This document shows, in pieces, positions 58,971-64,000 of a stretch of 64,000 nt of DNA. Source of the stretch: an uncultured Elusimicrobia bacterium (lineage in GTDB: Bacteria; Elusimicrobiota; Elusimicrobia; UBA1565; UBA9628); contig CAIRTQ010000036.1 of the NCBI GenBank assembly GCA_903881545.1, forward strand, positions 3,772-67,771. The letters run 5' to 3'. The translations under genes and the position numbers were made by a program. Each line of letters begins with the position of its first letter. Position 1 is the stretch's first letter. Below the pieces are notes generated by a model. That model made no database searches, was not told where the DNA came from, and saw only the letters and a program-made list of their open reading frames with translations.

Positions 58971-59512
58971 GGCCCGCCGCGCATCTTCCCTGCTTCGCCG
59001 CCATAGACTTCGAGACCGCAGACCAGGGCTCCGACTCCGCTTGCGCCGTGGGCGTGGTGCGCGTCGAGGACGGCCGCGTGGCCGCGCGCCTGAGCCTGCT
59101 CATCCGGCCGCCGCGGCAGAACTTCCTCTTCACCTACATCCACGGCATCACTTGGACCCAGGTCAGCCAAGAGCCCGGATTTGGCGAGCTCTGGCCCAAA
59201 ATCCGCGAAGCCATCGGCGCGGCGGAATTCCTCGCCGCTCACAATGCCAGCTTCGACCGCCGGGTCCTGGAGGCCTGCTGCCGGGCCGCGGGCCTGCCCT
59301 CGCCGCCGCATGAGTTCGTCTGCACCGTCCAGCTCGCGCGCCGCACTTGGTCAATCTATCCCACCCGCCTGCCCCTGGTCTGCGACCACCTGGGCATCAA
59401 ACTCAACCACCACGAGGCGCTCTCCGACGCCGAGGCCTGCGCGCACATCGTCCTGGCCGCGCTCAAGACCGGCTGGCGGCCCGGCGCGGCAGCTGGCGCT
59501 CCGGCGTCCTAA
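58966..59512 (+). CDS. DnaQ-like 3'-5' exonuclease (DEDDh family)
   Basis: FAAIDFETAD (Exo I), AHNASFDRRVL (Exo II), H..LSDAEA (Exo III). 182 aa. Confidence 0.8.
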
Positions 59513-59604
59513 CTGTTTAAAAACTTTCTCCTTCGGAATAATTGCAATCCCAAGCCGGGAGTTGATATCATGGCTCGCCGGCCGCCGCGGGCGCCCGCGC
59601 GCAC

Positions 59605-60684
59605 ATGGAAATCGGCATCGTCGGCCTGCCCAACGTTGGAAAATCCACGGTCTTCAACGCCCTGACCGCGGGCCATGCCCCGGCCTCCAACTATCCTTTC
59701 ACCACGGTCGAGCCCAACATCGGCATCGTGGCTGTCCCAGACCCCAGGCTCGACCGACTGCACCAACTCTTCAGCTCCAAGACCAAGGCGCCGGCCGTGG
59801 TGCGCTTCGTGGACATCGCGGGCCTAGTCAAAGGCGCGGCCGCGGGCGAAGGCCTGGGCAACAAATTCCTCGCCCACATCCGCGAGGTGGACGCCATCCT
59901 CATGCTGGTGAGGCTCTTCCAAGACCCGGACGTGGCGCATACCATGGGCGGGGTGGACCCCCGGCGCGACATCGAGGTAATCGAAACCGAGCTCATCCTG
60001 GCGGACCTGGCTGGCGCGGAGAAGCAGATCGAGAAGCTCACCACCAAGGCCCGCACCGGGGACAAGGACGCGCGCAGCTCCCTGGCACTCCTGGAACAGG
60101 TACGGGCGGGGTTGGCCGCCGGCAAGCCGGTGCGCGCGCTAGGCTTGCCGCCCGCCGAACTCAAGCCCCATTGCTTTCTCACCGCCAAGCCCGTGCTCTT
60201 CGCCGCCAACACGGATGAAAAACCCGACCCTGCGCGGTTGGCCGAGATAGAGGCCTTGGCCCAAGAGCGCAAAGCCGGCTGCGTGGCTCTCTGCGGCAAG
60301 CTCGAAGCCGAGATGATTCAGTTGGCCGCCGGAGACCGACAGGCCTTCATGTCCGAATTGGGGCTCACGGCCACCGGACTGGAGCGCGTCATCGTAGCGG
60401 CCTACCAGCTTCTCGGCCAGATCAGCTTCTTCACCATCGGAGACTATGAGGTCCGGGCCTGGGCCCTGACCGCGGGCTGGAAGGCGCCCCAGGCAGCCGG
60501 CATCATCCACAGCGACTTCGAGAAGGGCTTCATACGGGCGGAGGTCTACCGGTTCGCGGACCTGGACCGGCACGAAAAAGAATCAGTCCTGCGCGAAAAG
60601 GGCCTGATCCGCTCCGAGGGCAAGGACTATGTGGTCAAGGATGGCGATGTCTGCTTCTTCAAATTCTCCCCGCCTGAAAAGTGA
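59605..60684 (+). CDS. ychF: Ribosome-binding ATPase YchF (Obg-like)
   Basis: MEIGIVGLPNVGKSTVFNALT. C-terminal TGS domain. Confidence 0.95.
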   Translation: MEIGIVGLPNVGKSTVFNALTAGHAPASNYPFTTVEPNIGIVAVPDPRLDRLHQLFSSKTKAPAVVRFVDIAGLVKGAAAGEGLGNKFLAHIREVDAILMLVRLFQDPDVAHTMGGVDPRRDIEVIETELILADLAGAEKQIEKLTTKARTGDKDARSSLALLEQVRAGLAAGKPVRALGLPPAELKPHCFLTAKPVLFAANTDEKPDPARLAEIEALAQERKAGCVALCGKLEAEMIQLAAGDRQAFMSELGLTATGLERVIVAAYQLLGQISFFTIGDYEVRAWALTAGWKAPQAAGIIHSDFEKGFIRAEVYRFADLDRHEKESVLREKGLIRSEGKDYVVKDGDVCFFKFSPPEK

Positions 60685-61861
60685 GCCGGCAGTGAACCAC
60701 GCGGCGCGCTGTATCCACTTCGGCGTCTGCGGCGGCTGTTCCATGCAGGACCGGCCTTACGAGGGGCAACTTCAGCTCAAGACCGAGAGGGTCCAGGCTT
60801 GCCTTTCCGTTATTAAGGCTATCCCCGCGCCTCGGACCCAAGCCTCGCCCGACATCTGGTTTTACCGCAACAAGATGGAGTTCAGCTTCGGCGATGTGTA
60901 CCCGCCGCAGGCCGCGGGCCCGACCGTGAAACTCGGCTTGAAGCCTAAAGGCCGCTGGTACGAGATATTGGACCTGCAAGAGTGCTTCCTCTTATCCCAG
61001 GAGACAGCCGGCCTCTTGGCCGGCGTCCGGGCTTGGGCTGAAAAGGAAAAGCTGACTCCGTACAACGGCCACAAGAAGACGGGATTTTTACGGCACCTGG
61101 TCCTCCGGGAAGCCAAGGGCTCGGGAGAGCGCATGGTCGTCCTGGTCACGTCGCCCGGCGAGTTGCCCGAGGCGTCGTTCCTGGAAGCGGTCCGGGCCGC
61201 TTACCCGGCGACCACCGTGCTCTGGGGCGTCAACGAGAAGGCCGCCGATGTGGCCGTGAGCGACCGCCTGCGCGTCCTGGCCGGGCCCGGGCACATCACG
61301 GAAGAACTGCGCTTCGGCGAACGCGCCCTGCGCTTGCGCATCTCCCCGCATTCTTTCTTTCAGACCAATACCCACGCGGCCAACCACCTTTACTCTCTCC
61401 TGCGCGATTGGGTCCGGGCGGAAGGCGCGAACACCGTGCTGGACCTTTACTGCGGCGGCGGCGGCATCACGCTCTCGGTGGCGGACCTCTGCCGCAAGCC
61501 GGTCGGCGTGGAGTCGAACCCGGCGGCGGTGGCCGATGCCCGGGCCAACGCGGCGCTCAACGGGTCGGACCACGCGGAGTTCTACTCCGGCGCGGTGGAG
61601 ATATTGCTGCCCGCGCTTTTGGCCCTGGAGCCGCAGGTCGTGATCTGCGACCCGCCCCGGGCCGGCATGCACGCGGCCGCGGCCGCCGCCCTGGCCGCGG
61701 GTGGGCCGCGCACGGTCATCTATGTCTCCTGCAACCCGAAGTCCTTGGCCCGGGATCTGGAAATCCTGGCGGCCGGCTACGGCGTGGAACGGCTGGAAAT
61801 CTGCGACCTGTTCCCGCACACGGAGCACGTAGAGACCGCGGTCCTGCTCCGGCGCAAATAA
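60629..61861 (+). CDS. 23S rRNA (uracil-C5)-methyltransferase RlmD/TrmA family, lacking the TRAM domain (start uncertain)
   Basis: [4Fe-4S] cysteines CIHFGVCGGC, SAM-fold LDLYCGGGG, and catalytic ICDPPRAG. The first ATG overlaps ychF by 56 nt; an in-frame GTG near 60699 is an alternative. Confidence 0.8.
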   Translation: MWSRMAMSASSNSPRLKSEPAVNHAARCIHFGVCGGCSMQDRPYEGQLQLKTERVQACLSVIKAIPAPRTQASPDIWFYRNKMEFSFGDVYPPQAAGPTVKLGLKPKGRWYEILDLQECFLLSQETAGLLAGVRAWAEKEKLTPYNGHKKTGFLRHLVLREAKGSGERMVVLVTSPGELPEASFLEAVRAAYPATTVLWGVNEKAADVAVSDRLRVLAGPGHITEELRFGERALRLRISPHSFFQTNTHAANHLYSLLRDWVRAEGANTVLDLYCGGGGITLSVADLCRKPVGVESNPAAVADARANAALNGSDHAEFYSGAVEILLPALLALEPQVVICDPPRAGMHAAAAAALAAGGPRTVIYVSCNPKSLARDLEILAAGYGVERLEICDLFPHTEHVETAVLLRRK

Positions 61862-61863
61862 GC

Positions 61864-61869
61864 TATAAT
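61864..61869 (+). promoter_or_regulatory. TATAAT -10 hexamer 22 nt upstream of the tRNA
   Basis: agcTATAATttcgg. No convincing -35. Confidence 0.4.
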
Positions 61870-61891
61870 TTCGGCCTTCGCGGCACTTAAA

Positions 61892-61966
61892 GCGCTCGTA
61901 ACACAATGGATAGTGTCCAAGCCTGCGAAGCTTGGTATATAGGTTCGATTCCTATCGAGCGCACCA
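61892..61966 (+). tRNA. tRNA-Arg with anticodon GCG (CCA encoded), followed by a T-run
   Basis: Hand-folded cloverleaf. Acceptor GCGCTCG/CGAGCGC, D-arm ACAC-AATGGATA-GTGT, anticodon arm CAAGC-CTGCGAA-GCTTG, T-arm ATAGG-TTCGATT-CCTAT, discriminator A, CCA. Followed by TTTTTT. Confidence 0.75.
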
Positions 61967-61999
61967 TTTTTTGGCGGAAAGCCAGCATTTCCTGCGGCC

Positions 62000-62221
62000 T
62001 CAGGGCCGCAATTCCGGGCTAAAAACAGCGACGGCGGGGGGGCAGCGCGTCATCCGCCACGTCCCCGATTCTCCTGCAGGCAGTCCGCTGTTGTGCAAAA
62101 GAGTGCCCGCGCACGCGTGTTGGCTGGAACAGGTCCCTGTCCACGGGCCTTGTCCGCAATCTATGGTCCAAGATGTTCCTGTCACTTTCAAGCTGGTATT
62201 CTCCCTCATATAACTCGGCAT
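62000..62221 (-). CDS. Small Cys-rich ORF (73 aa) paralogous at its 5' end to ORF 48266-48517; coding status uncertain
   Basis: MPSYMRENTSLK... shares only the first ~12 codons and the upstream region with copy A. The rest is Cys/Gly/Thr-rich with no TM. Confidence 0.3.
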   Translation of the reverse strand: MPSYMRENTSLKVTGTSWTIDCGQGPWTGTCSSQHACAGTLLHNSGLPAGESGTWRMTRCPPAVAVFSPELRP

Positions 62222-62273
62222 GCCTGTCGGCGTCTACAACTTAGAACCTTTAGGTCAAGGCAAGGTCAAGAAC
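62192..62273. repeat. Conserved 83-bp element, copy B
   Basis: See copy A. Identical 28-nt core including CTTGACC-TTGC-CTTGACC at 62253-62270. Confidence 0.85.
62253..62270. promoter_or_regulatory. Second copy of the Pho-box-like direct repeat
   Basis: Perfectly identical to 48549-48566. Confidence 0.45.
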
Positions 62274-62384
62274 CCTAAATCCTCAACGAAGCCATGAATG
62301 ATGCGCGTGAGCCAAACCCAGGCCGCTTTCCTTATTAATGACTGAATTTTGGAAAAAAAACGATAATTTGATAGAGTGGGCGCT

Positions 62385-62516
62385 ATGCATCATATCCATC
62401 ATGCAAATTGGACGCATGCGATGAACCTGCATTCAGTCCCGCAAATGGTTGTGATTATTGTGGCTGTTATCGTTGTTCTCGTGCTGTACATGATGTTCGG
62501 GCCGACGTCCCGGTAG
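62385..62516 (+). CDS. Putative 43-aa His-rich single-TM peptide (MHHIHHANWTHAM...)
   Basis: ATG preceded by an AT-rich GATAAT-like -10. His-rich head plus one hydrophobic helix. Below the ORF-track size cut-off. Confidence 0.25.
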   Translation: MHHIHHANWTHAMNLHSVPQMVVIIVAVIVVLVLYMMFGPTSR

Positions 62517-62546
62517 CGCCCGAGAAAATTCCCGCGGCGGCGGGCT

Positions 62547-63161
62547 TTGAAAAGAACGATGACTCTATCCCGTCGCTCCCAGCCAGCGCCCCGACAAGCA
62601 AAATCGTTCCGGTCCATCATCACGGGATTCGGGCTATTCTTCTGTAGCCTCCTGATTTGCCTAGGCGCCATCGAGTTGGCGATGCGCGCCGGCGGCGCCT
62701 TCCTCCTCTGGCGGCAAGCCGGCCACCGTTGGAACGGCTCGGCCGCCTCCACCACCAAACCAGCCCTGCGCATCCTGTGCATAGGGGAATCCACCACTGG
62801 CCCCAAAGAAGGGAACGACTGGCCCCACCAACTCTACGAGATCCTCAGCGCCCGGCGCCCGGACCTCGGTGTCCAGGTCATCAATGAGGGTGCTGGCTGC
62901 ACGAACTCCGCCCGGATCGTCGCGGCGGTCCCGGACTGGGTCCGCCTATTCCGTCCCCACATCGTCATAGCCATGATGGGAATCAACGACGTCGAATGGT
63001 ATGGTTTTTCGGAACCCCAAAACAGCAGCCCGCCCTTCGTCAAACTGTCCCGCCTGAGACTCTGGAAATTGGCCCCCATTAATAATCCCAAGTCCAGATT
63101 GCTTCCCAGGCTATTAAGGGCTACAATTCCAAAGACCACCAACCATAGACTAAGCCAATAA
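62547..63161 (+). CDS. Membrane-anchored SGNH/GDSL-hydrolase-like protein
   Basis: N-terminal TM, ILCIGESTT (block I-like) and MMGINDVEW (GxND block III). Short protein, so fold membership is tentative. Confidence 0.4.
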   Translation: MKRTMTLSRRSQPAPRQAKSFRSIITGFGLFFCSLLICLGAIELAMRAGGAFLLWRQAGHRWNGSAASTTKPALRILCIGESTTGPKEGNDWPHQLYEILSARRPDLGVQVINEGAGCTNSARIVAAVPDWVRLFRPHIVIAMMGINDVEWYGFSEPQNSSPPFVKLSRLRLWKLAPINNPKSRLLPRLLRATIPKTTNHRLSQ

Positions 63162-63173
63162 TCAGGAGGTTCC

Positions 63174-64000
63174 ATGAGGTATTGGGTCAAGAGCGGGGAG
63201 AAGGTCATTGGTCCCTATTCCCCAGAGGACTTGAAGACATCTGCGATCCTTAGTCCCGACACTCTGGTAGCGCCTGAAGGTGCCACGAGTCCAGCCGCTT
63301 GGAGACCAGCAAATAGCTATGAAGAGCTACGGGGAATTCTTGCAAAGCCCCCCTCGCCTCCGGCGCCGTCTCTCCACGAGGCCCAGGGCATGAACCGATG
63401 CTCTCAGTGTGGTGCCCAAAACGATGCAGATGCCGATTGCTGTGACCAATGCGGCAACGCCGTGGAAAAACATATTAACACCCCTACCGGCACCAGCGAG
63501 GAAATCAGGGCGGGACAACCTCATCACCAAGGAGAAAACTTCATGGCTCTTCCTTTTGTGTCTTGGCAAGTAAATGAAAAAGCTGTCGACGGGGTCTATG
63601 TCAAAATCATTGGACAGTCCTCCGGGATCATCTCTGGGATATTGGCGAAAATGGGAATTGATTCAATCACGAGCTTCACGGTCACTGAAGACAAAGTCCA
63701 TATCGAATCAGGAACATGGAAGGGAAAAAATAAGGTTATTGTCCCATTGCGCTCGGTAACCCGGTGCTGTTGGGGTCATAAAAAGCCTTGGGAGATAACT
63801 CTTCTCGTTGGGTTGCTCTTCGCCGCGCGAATCTACTCAAGCTGTGACTCTATAACTTCGTTCTTCACAACATTATTTATGCTTCCCATCTGGGCTTTGA
63901 TTATTGTCGGTGTCCTCCTTTACTATTATGGGTCTTCGTCCCGGCGAGTGGGTGATTTTCACCTGATTTCAGATCGGATCAAGCATGCACGTGAGGACCT
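63174..64000 (+). CDS. DUF4339-like N-terminal domain plus zinc-ribbon plus C-terminal TM protein (runs off window end)
   Basis: AGGAGG RBS. MRYWVKSGEKVIGPYSPEDLKTSAILSPDTLVAPEGATSPAAW (W...GP...L...W pattern). CSQCGAQNDADADCCDQCG. Hydrophobic segments near the end. Absent from the ORF track because no stop falls inside the window. Confidence 0.5.
   Translation, partial: MRYWVKSGEKVIGPYSPEDLKTSAILSPDTLVAPEGATSPAAWRPANSYEELRGILAKPPSPPAPSLHEAQGMNRCSQCGAQNDADADCCDQCGNAVEKHINTPTGTSEEIRAGQPHHQGENFMALPFVSWQVNEKAVDGVYVKIIGQSSGIISGILAKMGIDSITSFTVTEDKVHIESGTWKGKNKVIVPLRSVTRCCWGHKKPWEITLLVGLLFAARIYSSCDSITSFFTTLFMLPIWALIIVGVLLYYYGSSSRRVGDFHLISDRIKHARED

Noticed and set aside
62192-62273. Copies A and B as attL/attR of one integrated element
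   Set aside because: The 13.7 kb between them is GC-rich core metabolism (thr operon, lysC, ychF), not mobile DNA.
1-64000. CRISPR arrays, rRNA genes, IS/transposase genes
   Set aside because: No regularly spaced short repeats, no rRNA-like conserved stretches, and no DDE-transposase or integrase ORFs found on inspection.

Overview
This 64 kb window is a high-GC (roughly 65-70 %) bacterial chromosome segment, read from sequence alone. It is densely coding, and adjacent genes are very often coupled by 4-nt ATGA or GTGA start/stop overlaps. Most of it is housekeeping. The 5' end carries metG, holB, tmk and B12-dependent nrdJ. Further on come rplU-rpmA-obg, two squalene/phytoene-synthase genes (hpnC/hpnD-like) and dcd. 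A recG / rpmB divergent pair and a dprA-topA-xerC-comM competence/topology block follow. The 3' part holds murB, a flavodiiron protein, a hom-thrC-thrB-lysC operon, ychF, an RlmD-like methyltransferase and a tRNA-Arg. Between these lie accessory regions. One is a glycosylation cluster (GT4, a PMT/ArnT-like membrane GT with TPR, a GT-A gene, GT2, MFS). Another is a minus-strand operon of an amidohydrolase, a MoaD-like GG-ended sulfur carrier, a three-subunit xanthine-dehydrogenase-family molybdoenzyme and a crotonase. A ThiF/E1-like gene is transcribed divergently from that operon. A low-GC B12-radical-SAM gene appears to have been inserted into that operon, flanked by about 50 bp of crotonase-derived direct repeats. 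Other accessory genes include a TLC-like nucleotide transporter, a FadL-like OMP islet, an MbfA-like ferritin-VIT fusion, an OPT transporter and an orphan OmpR-type response regulator. The most distinctive non-genic signal is an ~83-bp element present twice (48.5 kb and 62.2 kb, 84 % identical). It contains a Pho-box-like direct repeat CTTGACC-N4-CTTGACC. One copy sits beside the orphan response regulator, and a short ORF on the opposite strand abuts it; in both copies that ORF has a conserved N-terminal dozen codons. No CRISPR array, rRNA or transposase was seen.
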